Shown piece after piece: positions 13,723 through 22,778 of a stretch of DNA of 36,009 nt. The DNA is from an uncultured Candidatus Bathyarchaeia archaeon (GTDB lineage: Archaea; Thermoproteota; Bathyarchaeia; 40CM-2-53-6; JALHTG01), in assembly GCA_964529995.1 (NCBI GenBank), contig CAZGZF010000003.1, positions 1 to 36,009 on the forward strand, read 5' to 3'. The notes beneath the pieces were generated by a model that did no database searches, was not told the DNA's origin, and saw only the letters and a program-made list of their open reading frames with translations. Each line of letters opens with the position of its first letter. Positions within the stretch are counted from its first letter, which is position 1. The translations under genes and the position numbers were made by a program.

Positions 13723-14916
13723 ATGATACAGATAGTCGGGTTGATCGTAGCATTCGTCTTGATAGTTCTTCTGACCGCCAAGCGATTCAACACGGCTCTC
13801 TCAATACTCATAGGAGCAATAGCACTTGCCATTCTATACGGGGCATCAGTTCAGGACTTCATCCAGTTGTCTCTTCGGGCCTTGAGGGATCCACTGACGA
13901 GAAGCGTGACACTACAGGTCACAGCAATTGGAATCCTTGGTTACTGTATGAAAGAGACAGGACTCATGGATGATCTGGTAGCAGGACTCAGGACCATACT
14001 TTCCAGCAAGAGCCTGATCGCGTCCATTCCCGCAATAGTCGGCTTAATGCCTATGCCTGGAGGTGCCTTGCTCTCAGCTCCTTTGATCGACGGAGGGGCT
14101 GACAAGCTGAAGTTGACCCCTGAAAGAAAAGTGGCGATCAACATAACGTTTAGACACATATGGTTCTATGTTTTCCCCTTGTCCTCGACACTGATCCTTG
14201 CGTCGGGACTCGCTGGAATAGGCTTGTACGAGCTGATCCTTGTACAGGTTCCAGCATTTCTGTTGTCGATCGCTTTGGGATATCTCATGTTCATTCGACA
14301 CTTGAACTCCAATGAGGACCTTGCAGGTAGGAGGGAATATGGATCTGTAGTCAGGGGGCTCGGCCCCATTCTACTTGCGGTTGCCTTGAACTTGGCAGGG
14401 CTAGACCTGACCATATCTGTAACCATAGGGATAGTCAGCGCTTTCTTGATCAAGAGGACCAGACCACTGAAAGCCGCGGAACTCCTCTGGGGAGGAATTC
14501 CCTGGGTATCAACGCTGTCGGTCTTGGGCGTTATGATTCTTCGCTATGTGGTAGAAGACTCGAAGGCGGTTTCCCTCTTCTTTGAAATCTTGAAGGAAGC
14601 GAAGCTGCCCCTTGTGATCTTCGCCACACTTCTCCCGCTCATAATAGGAGGGGTTTCGGGCCTTGCGATGGCCGGAGCAGGAATAACTATACCCTTTGTT
14701 CTTCCGCTTTTCAAGAGCAATGCTCCAGCACTTGTGAGCATGATCATCCTGAGCACTTATGCTGGCTACTATGTTTCGCCACTGCACCTCTGTCTTCTCC
14801 TCTCCAACCAGTACTACGGAGCGAAGATTCACAAGGTGTATCGACTGTGGATCCCCTATGTTTTCGCGGTCTGCGGCATCGGGATACTGTTCGACTTTCT
14901 CATCTTGCCAACGTAA
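13723..14916 (+). CDS. DUF401-like multi-pass membrane protein (ion-transporter superfamily-like)
   Basis: About 11-12 hydrophobic segments; GLMPMPGGALLSAP, N.TFRH.W..FPL, SPLHLCL motifs; start ATG13723 or 13651. Confidence 0.75.
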   Translation: MIQIVGLIVAFVLIVLLTAKRFNTALSILIGAIALAILYGASVQDFIQLSLRALRDPLTRSVTLQVTAIGILGYCMKETGLMDDLVAGLRTILSSKSLIASIPAIVGLMPMPGGALLSAPLIDGGADKLKLTPERKVAINITFRHIWFYVFPLSSTLILASGLAGIGLYELILVQVPAFLLSIALGYLMFIRHLNSNEDLAGRREYGSVVRGLGPILLAVALNLAGLDLTISVTIGIVSAFLIKRTRPLKAAELLWGGIPWVSTLSVLGVMILRYVVEDSKAVSLFFEILKEAKLPLVIFATLLPLIIGGVSGLAMAGAGITIPFVLPLFKSNAPALVSMIILSTYAGYYVSPLHLCLLLSNQYYGAKIHKVYRLWIPYVFAVCGIGILFDFLILPT

Positions 14917-14929
14917 GAACCCGAACCGA

Positions 14930-14943
14930 GAAGACTTAAATAA
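14930..14943 (+). promoter_or_regulatory. Putative BRE/TATA promoter of rps13-rps4
   Basis: GAAGAC-TTAAATAA about 40 nt upstream of the rps13 ATG. Confidence 0.55.
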
Positions 14944-14982
14944 GATCCAGAGACCTCGTACTGCCCGCAGCAGTGACGTGAC

Positions 14983-15492
14983 ATGTCTTCAAGAGAGTTC
15001 AGGCACATCATACGGCTCATGGGCCAGGATCTCGACGGAACTAAGAAGCTGATCTATGGCCTCACGAAGATCCGAGGAATCGGTGTGAGCCTGTCAAGTG
15101 CGATTGCGAAGGCCGCAGGCCTCAAGCCGGACATCAGGATCGGGCAACTGTCGGAAGAGGAGGTTGGCAAGATCGAAGATGTCATTTCTGACCCGGCGAA
15201 GTTCGGAATTCCACCGAGACTCATGAACAGAAGGAAAGATCTTGAGAGCGGCAGAGACATGCACCTGGTCGGTCCAGACCTCGCACTCGGAGTGAAGACG
15301 GACGTAGATTTCATGAAGGACCTGCGCACTTGGAAGGGGATAAGGCACTCTCTTGGGTTGAAAGTCAGAGGTCAGAGAACAAAGACCACTGGCAGAACTG
15401 GAAAAGCTGTTGGAGTCAAGAAGAAGGCGGCGATAGCTGCCTTGAGAGCTGCTCAGGCGGAGAGGGAAGGGAGGGGTGAACGCGGTGGGTGA
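14983..15492 (+). CDS. rps13: 30S ribosomal protein S13
   Basis: FRHIIRL...LTKIRGIG, NRRKD, WKGIRH..GLKVRGQRTKTTGR. Confidence 0.98.
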   Translation: MSSREFRHIIRLMGQDLDGTKKLIYGLTKIRGIGVSLSSAIAKAAGLKPDIRIGQLSEEEVGKIEDVISDPAKFGIPPRLMNRRKDLESGRDMHLVGPDLALGVKTDVDFMKDLRTWKGIRHSLGLKVRGQRTKTTGRTGKAVGVKKKAAIAALRAAQAEREGRGERGG

Positions 15493-15997
15493 TCCCAAGA
15501 AACAGAGAAAGAAGTATGAGACTCCTCGCCATCCCTGGAGGCGAGGCCAAATCGCGGATGAGCTCAAACTCATCGGAGACTATGGTTTGAGGAACAAGAG
15601 GGAACTCTGGCGATACAGGACTGAAATCTCGCGGATCAGAGGTATGGCTAGGTCCCTCCTTGCAAAGACTGAGGAGGACAGATCGAGGACTGAAAAGGAC
15701 ATTCTGCAAAGCCTAATCAAGTTGGGAGTTCTCTCGGAGGACGCAACAATAGACGATGTGCTCGACTTGAATGTGACAAGCATCTTGGATAGGAGACTTC
15801 AGACAATAGTGGCGAAAAGCGGAATGGCGAAATCGATGCACCACGCAAGGCAGTTAGTCTCTCATGGCCATGTGCATGTTGGAGGAAGGCTGGTGACCGT
15901 ACCGGGATACATGGTCAAGAGAGATGAGCAAACAAACATTAGCCTGGCAACTCCACGGGCTTCTGCCCAGCCTACGTCAGCAAAGAAAGCCCGGTAG
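15485..15997 (+). CDS. rps4: 30S ribosomal protein S4
   Basis: MGDPKK..KKYETP.HPW, YGLRNKRELW, RRLQT, ARQLVSHGH; GTG15485 gives the canonical MGDP start. Confidence 0.97.
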   Translation: MGDPKKQRKKYETPRHPWRRGQIADELKLIGDYGLRNKRELWRYRTEISRIRGMARSLLAKTEEDRSRTEKDILQSLIKLGVLSEDATIDDVLDLNVTSILDRRLQTIVAKSGMAKSMHHARQLVSHGHVHVGGRLVTVPGYMVKRDEQTNISLATPRASAQPTSAKKAR

Positions 15998-16025
15998 AGG
16001 CTGCTCGCGCGCGCAAGCCGTCCCG

Positions 16026-16047
16026 AGCGCAATCGTTCTTTTGCGCT
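16026..16047. terminator. Hairpin between convergent rps4 and the PH-domain gene
   Basis: AGCGCAA-tcgttctt-TTGCGCT 7-bp stem with T-rich sequence nearby. Confidence 0.3.
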
Positions 16048-16079
16048 TACTGGCTACGTTCTTCTTCCCGGCCGTCACT

Positions 16080-16871
16080 TCAAGCCTGCCGCTGAATCAT
16101 CCGTGCAATTGCTTCCTGAACTTGACGTGGTCGCTGGACGCCGTAGAGAGTGTGGTATGTTCTCCCTCTAGGAATCTGAACAGCTCTCCCTCCAGTTGCT
16201 GAGAGGCCAAAGCCTACGCTGCCGAGGGACCTGGTTCCCGTTCCGACTCCTAGGCCGCTCAGGATTGCTGCTGAGGCTGAATCCTCGCCCAACCCGAAGC
16301 CCGAAGCAGTGACTGGAACAACCGTCCCGTAGTTGAGGATGCGCCCCAACATGCCTTGTACAAGAGCAAGATCGTTTATCTTGTCATATGTCAGTTGGCG
16401 CGAATCATATGAGATGAAGCTCCTCTCCATGATCAATCTAAGATTCGTGATGTAGTAGTTGTGGCCTCTCCTGTAGAATTCCGCAATGCAGAAACCCATC
16501 AAACCGCATATGACCAAGAGCCATACATGAACGTCCAGAGGCATCTTGAAGTATTCGGTGAGTACTGTTCCCGCCATAGCGATTGCACCGAAAAGAAGCA
16601 GCGATGTCACTCTCATGTAGACGAGACCTATGACTATCGCCACTCCCAGCAGTACCCCCCACAAGATGAGAATGTTAGATACATTGTACTGCTCAAGAAG
16701 AGGGATCGGTATACGTAGCCTGAACCTGGCAGCGAGGAGGTACAGTTGGCTTACGAGATATCCGAGGAACGCTAGAAGTCCTGATATTGCGAAGAGATGC
16801 CAAAACGCCAAGGGATGAGGCTTCAGTTTCATGACCAGCTTCTCGCCTGGAAGTGGCTCAGCCCTTGTCAC
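16080..16871 (-). CDS. Membrane protein with bacterial-type PH domain (bPH_2-like) and Gly-rich insert
   Basis: About four N-terminal TM segments, then YYITNLRL...I.D....QG.LGRILNYGTV. Confidence 0.75.
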   Translation of the reverse strand: MTRAEPLPGEKLVMKLKPHPLAFWHLFAISGLLAFLGYLVSQLYLLAARFRLRIPIPLLEQYNVSNILILWGVLLGVAIVIGLVYMRVTSLLLFGAIAMAGTVLTEYFKMPLDVHVWLLVICGLMGFCIAEFYRRGHNYYITNLRLIMERSFISYDSRQLTYDKINDLALVQGMLGRILNYGTVVPVTASGFGLGEDSASAAILSGLGVGTGTRSLGSVGFGLSATGGRAVQIPRGRTYHTLYGVQRPRQVQEAIARMIQRQA

Positions 16872-16982
16872 TCGAACTCACAAGTCGATCGGAAGCAGTA
16901 CGGTTGAAGTAGTTTTTGCTCAAGTACGTGTCAAACGTCTCTGCAGCTTGTGAGCCCTTTGTCAGCCTACGTCGATCGCATC

Positions 16983-17405
16983 CTACTGCATCGGCCTCAA
17001 GAACCACAGAGTAATGAACACAAGCAAGAGCAAGGCCCCGAACAACATGAGTGAAGATCCAACTGGTCCCTGACCTATAACGATCGGGATGGGACCAATG
17101 AATATTAGGACACCTCCGCTTGTTGTCGAAGCTAGGCCAACCGATGGAACCATCAGTAGCATTCCTGCCAGAACCAAGAAGAAGCTAACCATGAACCATC
17201 TGAACTCTCTTGGCCATTCAATCATAGCCGCTCCAACGCCCTCTCCTGGCTCGCCTTCCTTTCCCACACACACGTAGCAGCTCCGGCAGAGCAACCCAGC
17301 AGGAGCAAGACAGTTCTCGCAGACAAGGCGGCCACAGCTTTGGCATACGATTCTCGCCGTTTCAGATCCACAGACATCGCAGGTCTTAGCCATAAGTGAC
17401 ATCAC
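16983..17405 (-). CDS. Cys-rich (B-box-like) zinc finger fused to a DUF131-like membrane hairpin
   Basis: CDVC-CQSC-CENC-CRSC, then TM helices with GGVLIFIGPIPIVIG. Confidence 0.7.
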   Translation of the reverse strand: MMSLMAKTCDVCGSETARIVCQSCGRLVCENCLAPAGLLCRSCYVCVGKEGEPGEGVGAAMIEWPREFRWFMVSFFLVLAGMLLMVPSVGLASTTSGGVLIFIGPIPIVIGQGPVGSSLMLFGALLLLVFITLWFLRPMQ

Positions 17406-17408
17406 GTC

Positions 17409-17648
17409 CTACCTTCCAGCCAACATACTGAGCGCAAAGAAAACTCCAAGCAATAGAATGGCGCACACGAACAGGAAACGCATGATTCTTCTGTCTGTAC
17501 CGAACATGATCGGTATTGGACCGACTAGGATTAGTCCTCCCCCACGTGCTCTCCCCCTTGTCCCTGCTGTGACGGCAACGAGGAACGCCAGGACGAACCC
17601 CGCAAGAACGAGAAGCACGCCTATGCCAAAGAGGTAATCGCTCAGCAT
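17409..17648 (-). CDS. DUF131 / TIGR00304-like small membrane protein
   Basis: TM-GGGLILVGPIPIMFGTD-TM architecture, 79 aa. Confidence 0.8.
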   Translation of the reverse strand: MLSDYLFGIGVLLVLAGFVLAFLVAVTAGTRGRARGGGLILVGPIPIMFGTDRRIMRFLFVCAILLLGVFFALSMLAGR

Positions 17649-17976
17649 CTAGGTTCGACGTGCCTTTTCACTCGCGTCAGTTCTATCTAGGCTTTGCTGA
17701 CAGCGCTTGCTTTGCACCTTCTCCCGTACTGCTATTGACCTGTCATCCGAGTGGCAGTCAGCGAGAAAGAAATCTCCCTTACTTAGACTGGTTCTATGTT
17801 CTGTGACTCCGTCCTACAGTCAATACTGGTGCATCGCGCACGGCCTTCCGAGCGATCGACCAAGCTTTGCAACAACAATCAAACCGTCAATGACATCTTA
17901 GTGCCTACTTAGCCTTCTAAGAGCCCTGTTCAGTTGCTACAGCAGGTTGCGAGTCTCAACGGCGCTGACTGAACTC

Positions 17977-17992
17977 AAAAAATGTTTAAATA
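17977..17992 (+). promoter_or_regulatory. Putative BRE/TATA promoter of the rpoD operon
   Basis: AAAAAATG-TTTAAATA about 50 nt upstream of the rpoD ATG. Confidence 0.6.
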
Positions 17993-18041
17993 GCGTTCGG
18001 GTTCTCATCGCTGAGCGAACTTAGGGAAAGATGCTGAGAAT

Positions 18042-18854
18042 ATGCAGGTTGAAGTGCTTGGCCGGGAGAAGGACTCGATCAGGTTCATTGTACGAAACGC
18101 CTCGCCGGCTTTCTCGAACGCTCTCAGGCGTGCCATGATCTCGGAAGTCCCTACGATGGCTGTGGAGGACGTGATGGTCATTGAGAACTCATCCGTACTC
18201 TACGACGAAATTCTTTCCCATCGACTCGGCCTCGTTCCTCTCACAACAGATCTGGACTCATACGTGTTGCCCGAAGAATGCGGCTGCAAAAGCGAGTTAG
18301 GCTGCAACAGATGTAGGACGACTCTCTCGCTTGAATCGGAAGCCACGGACGAATCAAGATACGTGTACTCGGGAGAGTTGAAGTCCGAGGACCCGGATAT
18401 CAAACCTGTAAGCGACGCGATCCCCATCGCCAAGCTTGCTCCTGGCCAGAAGATCAGGCTCGAGGCATACGCAAGGCTTGGACGAGGCGCTGAGCACGCG
18501 AAATGGCAACCAGTATCATCTGCCGCGTACAAGTACATGCCAAAGCTGTCGGTTGATCAGAGGAGATGCAACGGATGTGAAGAATGCGTCAAGACGTGCC
18601 CGAAGTCAGTCTTGGCGATCAGGAACGACAAGCTGGTCGTGGAAAAGGAGATCGAATGCACGCTTTGCCGAGATTGCGAAAGGCATTGTCCTCAGAAGCC
18701 CTCTGCCATAAGGGTCGGATGGGACGAACAGACATTCATCTTCAACGTAGAGTCTACGGGAGCCCTGCCTACAGAAAGAATTGTCCAAGAAGCGGCGAAG
18801 ACCCTGGCGAAGAAGGCGGCGCAAACGCGCGAAAGCTTGGAGGCAGCGAAATGA
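18042..18854 (+). CDS. rpoD: DNA-directed RNA polymerase subunit D (Rpo3) with ferredoxin-like domain
   Basis: NALRR...EVPT.A, HRLGLVPL, HAKWQP, VESTG; CNGCEECVKTCP and CTLCRDCERHCP Fe-S motifs. Confidence 0.97.
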   Translation: MQVEVLGREKDSIRFIVRNASPAFSNALRRAMISEVPTMAVEDVMVIENSSVLYDEILSHRLGLVPLTTDLDSYVLPEECGCKSELGCNRCRTTLSLESEATDESRYVYSGELKSEDPDIKPVSDAIPIAKLAPGQKIRLEAYARLGRGAEHAKWQPVSSAAYKYMPKLSVDQRRCNGCEECVKTCPKSVLAIRNDKLVVEKEIECTLCRDCERHCPQKPSAIRVGWDEQTFIFNVESTGALPTERIVQEAAKTLAKKAAQTRESLEAAK

Positions 18855-19300
18855 ACTCCGTATCCACAGATCTTGTGCTTATAGATGCCACGAATCACAT
18901 TCTCGGGAGAGTTGCGAGTGTTGTTGCGAAGCACGCTCTTTGCGGCCGTAAGGTGGTAGTTCTGAACGCCGAGAAAGCAGTCATAGCGGGCCGAAAGGAA
19001 AGAACGCTTGCGGATGCCAAGCGCAAGCTCAGGACGAGGACCCACGGATCCCAAGAGAAGGCTCCCACGCATCCGAGGAGTCCAGACACGTACTTCAAGA
19101 GGGTCATCCGGGGAATGCTCCCGTGGAAAAAACCGAGAGGCAGAGCAGCTTTCAGAAATGTGAAAGTCTTCATAGGAGTACCTAGCGAGTACGCCGACAA
19201 ATCTCTACAAAAGCTTCCAGAAGCTGACGCCTCCAGACTCCGATGCCGATACATCACAATGGAGGAACTCTCGAGAGAAATCAGAGGCGGAAGACTATGA
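18851..19300 (+). CDS. rpl13: 50S ribosomal protein L13
   Basis: IDA..HILGR.AS.VAK, VVLNAEK, RGMLPWKKPRG; start ATG18851 overlaps the rpoD stop (ATGA). Confidence 0.96.
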   Translation: MNSVSTDLVLIDATNHILGRVASVVAKHALCGRKVVVLNAEKAVIAGRKERTLADAKRKLRTRTHGSQEKAPTHPRSPDTYFKRVIRGMLPWKKPRGRAAFRNVKVFIGVPSEYADKSLQKLPEADASRLRCRYITMEELSREIRGGRL

Positions 19301-19707
19301 GCGAGAGACGAAGAATAGTCTTGGCTACCGGAAAAAGAAAGACAGCCATAGCAAGGGCGATCATAAAACCCGGAAAAGGAAGAGTGACGATCAATGAGTC
19401 ACCGCTTGAAACATATGGCCAAGACGTGGCGAGAACGAAGATCTATGAACCACTCCTGCTGCTCGGCGATAGAGCCAGAAGCGTCGACGTCTCGGTCCGG
19501 GTGCACGGAGGCGGCATGATGGGCCAGGCCGAAGCCACACGAACTGCCATCGCGAGAGGAATAGCTGAATGGTCGCGAAGTGCGGAAGTCCGTCGTGTGT
19601 TCATGAGACATGATCGGTCGATCCTCGCGGGAGACCCGAGAAGATCTGAACCCAAGAAGTTCGGCGGTCCTGGAGCAAGAACAAGGAAGCAGAAATCATA
19701 CAGGTGA
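19297..19707 (+). CDS. rps9: 30S ribosomal protein S9
   Basis: GKRKTAIARA, GGG..GQA.A, D.RRSEPKKFGGPGAR...QKSYR; ATGA overlap with rpl13. Confidence 0.97.
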   Translation: MSERRRIVLATGKRKTAIARAIIKPGKGRVTINESPLETYGQDVARTKIYEPLLLLGDRARSVDVSVRVHGGGMMGQAEATRTAIARGIAEWSRSAEVRRVFMRHDRSILAGDPRRSEPKKFGGPGARTRKQKSYR

Positions 19708-19713
19708 TGTGAC

Positions 19714-19953
19714 GTGATAGTTCCTGTTAGATGCTTTACGTGCGGCCGCCTTGTCGGTGATAAGTGGCACGAGTACTCAAGACGGGTCAGGCAAGGAGAA
19801 GACCCGAAGAAGGTTCTCGACGACCTTGGTATGAAGAGATACTGTTGCAGAAGGATGATGATCTCTCACGTCGAGATCATAGATGAATACCTGTCGTATG
19901 CTGAGCTTGCACACAAGAAGCGTGCTCACATGGCATGGGGGCAAACCACCTGA
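19714..19953 (+). CDS. rpoN: DNA-directed RNA polymerase subunit N (Rpo10)
   Basis: [21 protein letters not shown]. Confidence 0.97.
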   Translation: MIVPVRCFTCGRLVGDKWHEYSRRVRQGEDPKKVLDDLGMKRYCCRRMMISHVEIIDEYLSYAELAHKKRAHMAWGQTT

Positions 19954-21203
19954 GCACTTCAACGGTGATTAGACACGTCAAGGCCTGGAAAGCATTCGAC
20001 AGTCGAGGCACGCCGACTATAGAAGTCATCATAAAGACCCCGGAAGGTATCGGCCGCGCGGCTGCCCCGTCGGGAGTAAGTCGAGGCAGATGGGAAGTCG
20101 AATCGTACCCCTCAGGCGGGATCGACGAGGCGCTGAAGATTGTTGAGAACACACTAGCGCCAAAGCTGACCGGCCTACAGGCAGAAGACCAAACAGCAAT
20201 CGACAGCCTCCTCCACGAAGTTGATGGGTCTCCAAACTTCACTAACATAGGCGGAAACACGGCCTACGCGATCTCCGCCGCGGCGGCCCTCGCCGCCGCA
20301 GATTCGAAGAAGATCCCGCTTTTTGAACACCTCTCCCGTTCCGCAAGAGGCGAGTTGCCCCTTCCTATCGGAAACGTCATCGGCGGGGGCAGACATGCTC
20401 GGGTCGGAAAAACTGATGTGCAGGAATTCCTTGTTCTCCCCACCGGAGCGAGAATCTTCTCGGAGGCAGCTGTGGCAAACGCCAACGTGCACTCCGAAAT
20501 CGCGACACTGCTCGAGGCGAAGGGAAAGCCTTCAGTAGGCAAGGGAGACGAAGGCGCTTGGATCGCTGACCTGATGACTGAGGAAGCTTTCGAAATCCTA
20601 TCGAGAGCATGCGAAAACATCTCAGACCTGATGGGTATAGAGATAAGAATCGGAGTAGATATTGCCGCTTCAACCCTCTGGGATGAAAAACAACATCTTT
20701 ACGTTTACAACAAGGATGAAAAGCGACTAAACGAAGGAGGACAGCTCGACCATGTCCAGAGTCTCATAGACAGATACGGGCTTTTCTACATTGAAGATCC
20801 GTTTCACGAAGGATCGTTTCAATCATTTGCAGAACTCACGAAAGCCGTTCGCGACACTCTTGTGTGCGGCGATGACCTCTTTGTCACAAACTCTGTCAGA
20901 TTTGAAAAGGGTAAGAAGATGAAGGCGGGGAACGCAATAGTAATCAAGCCAAATCAAGTGGGAACAATCAGTGATGCCTACGAGACAGCTGTTGCTGCAA
21001 AGCAGGCAGGGTACATCACCGTTACGTCACACAGGTCAGGAGATACTCCAGCGCCTGAGCTGGCGCATCTCGCAATCGCCTATGGAAGCCCCATAATAAA
21101 GACAGGAGTTGTGGGCGGAGAAAGAGTGGCGAAAATCAACGAGTTGGTAAAGATAGAGAAGGATCTTGGCGAAAGGGCTAAACTGGCGAGAATCAATTTG
21201 TAG
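19935..21203 (+). CDS. eno: Enolase
   Basis: [48 protein letters not shown]. Confidence 0.95.
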   Translation: MGANHLSTSTVIRHVKAWKAFDSRGTPTIEVIIKTPEGIGRAAAPSGVSRGRWEVESYPSGGIDEALKIVENTLAPKLTGLQAEDQTAIDSLLHEVDGSPNFTNIGGNTAYAISAAAALAAADSKKIPLFEHLSRSARGELPLPIGNVIGGGRHARVGKTDVQEFLVLPTGARIFSEAAVANANVHSEIATLLEAKGKPSVGKGDEGAWIADLMTEEAFEILSRACENISDLMGIEIRIGVDIAASTLWDEKQHLYVYNKDEKRLNEGGQLDHVQSLIDRYGLFYIEDPFHEGSFQSFAELTKAVRDTLVCGDDLFVTNSVRFEKGKKMKAGNAIVIKPNQVGTISDAYETAVAAKQAGYITVTSHRSGDTPAPELAHLAIAYGSPIIKTGVVGGERVAKINELVKIEKDLGERAKLARINL

Positions 21204-21214
21204 GATGAGCACAT

Positions 21215-21877
21215 TTGGCAGTTGAAGACAAAGAACTGATTCCCAAGGCGGAAGGTCTGCTCCTGCCCTTGGAGGAATTGCTTGCTGCTGGGCTGCACAT
21301 AGGAACCAGAATAAAGACTGGCGACATGGAGCAGCACATATTCCGAGCTAGGCCCGACGGCCTGTTCATACTCAATATTGGGAACACGGATCAGAAGGTC
21401 AGACTTGCGGCGAAGTTCTTGTCGAGACCGGACCCTTCAAGAATCATCGTGGTCTCCTCAAGGTTATACGGGAAGACCCCAGTCGAAAAGTTCTGCGAAT
21501 TGACCAGATGTGTTCCAGTTGTGGGAAGATTCATGCCAGGTCTTCTTTCGAATCCCCTTCAGCCCAAGCATGCGGAACCAGAACTCGTCATCATCACAGA
21601 TCCAAGAGCTGACTGGCAGGCCGTAAAAGAGGCATCATGCGCAGGAATCCCAGTCATCGGCCTGGCGGATACAGATAATGTCTTCAGCGGAATCGACCTA
21701 GCCATTCCAGTGAACAACAAAGGTCGACGAGCCCTCGCCATGGTGTATTGGCTTCTCGCAAGGCAAGTCCTCAGAGAAAGAGGAGAGATCCCACCCGACG
21801 GAGGCATAACCGCCACCATCGATGACTTCGAAACGAAACTTGCAAGCATCCCCGCAAGATTAGCTGAGGAGCCTTGA
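21215..21877 (+). CDS. rps2: 30S ribosomal protein S2
   Basis: AAGLHIGT, GRFMPG...NP, ITDPRAD.QA..EA, P.NNKGR. Confidence 0.97.
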   Translation: MAVEDKELIPKAEGLLLPLEELLAAGLHIGTRIKTGDMEQHIFRARPDGLFILNIGNTDQKVRLAAKFLSRPDPSRIIVVSSRLYGKTPVEKFCELTRCVPVVGRFMPGLLSNPLQPKHAEPELVIITDPRADWQAVKEASCAGIPVIGLADTDNVFSGIDLAIPVNNKGRRALAMVYWLLARQVLRERGEIPPDGGITATIDDFETKLASIPARLAEEP

Positions 21878-22722
21878 AAGTCAGGCGACCAGTCCAGGCT
21901 GGCTCTTTCTATTCTGCAGGAAAGGCTTCTCTCCTGCAGCAGATGGAAGGATGCTTCCTCCACCAGTTTGGACCTGGAAAGCTGCCCAAGCTGCAAGAGA
22001 ACGCTGAGAGAAGAATAGTCTCTGCAATCTCTCCTCATGCTGGATACATGTACTCAGGCCCCGTCGCTGCACACCTCTACTTGGCACTGGCTCTTGATGG
22101 ACTTCCAGATACGATCGTCATTCTAGGTCCCAATCACTACGGCGTCGGAACAGGTGTCTCAGCAATGGTAGAGGGGGTCTGGCAGACGCCTCTAGGCGAA
22201 GTCGAGATCGATTCAATGATGGCCAAGCAGATATGCAAGAACTCGGGCATCATCGACATAGACGACTCAGCGCACATCAGCGAACACTCGATCGAAGTGC
22301 AACTGCCGTTCCTCCAGTACGTCTACGGAAACAGTTTCAAGTTCATCCCGATCTCAATGATGATGCAGGATCAGGAAACAAGCAGGAACATAGGAGAAGC
22401 AATTGCAGGAAGCGTAAGTGGCCGAAACGTATTGATAGTGGCATCATCAGACATGTCCCACTACGAGCCTCAGAAGGAAGCCGAGAGAAAGGATAAGGCG
22501 GCGATCAGCGCAATCCTGAAACTGGACGAGAAAGAACTACAGAGAGTCGTAGAAGAAGAGAACATATCAATGTGCGGGTACGGGCCAGCGTCGTCTGCCA
22601 TCGTCGCTGGCAAGGCTCTGGGGGCGACTACTGCAAAGGTGCTCTCATATCAGACAAGTGGTGACGTGACAGGCGACTACGGTCAGGTCGTTGGCTATCT
22701 ATCAGCCACAATCAGCAAGTAG
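21874..22722 (+). CDS. MEMO1 family protein (AmmeMemoRadiSam protein B)
   Basis: AGSFY, PHAGYMYSG, GPNH, EHSIEVQLPFLQ, ASSDMSHY, MCGYG, VVGY. Confidence 0.93.
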   Translation: MKVRRPVQAGSFYSAGKASLLQQMEGCFLHQFGPGKLPKLQENAERRIVSAISPHAGYMYSGPVAAHLYLALALDGLPDTIVILGPNHYGVGTGVSAMVEGVWQTPLGEVEIDSMMAKQICKNSGIIDIDDSAHISEHSIEVQLPFLQYVYGNSFKFIPISMMMQDQETSRNIGEAIAGSVSGRNVLIVASSDMSHYEPQKEAERKDKAAISAILKLDEKELQRVVEEENISMCGYGPASSAIVAGKALGATTAKVLSYQTSGDVTGDYGQVVGYLSATISK

Positions 22723-22778
22723 ATGTCTCAAGCTTCTCATAGTCTGCTAGTTCCATAGTCGAAGACTCAGGCGAGAAA

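Noticed and set aside
18584-18850. N-terminal extension of the L13 ORF as a possible hidden L18e
   Set aside because: Alternative frame inside rpoD with no L18e motifs; L13 starts at 18851
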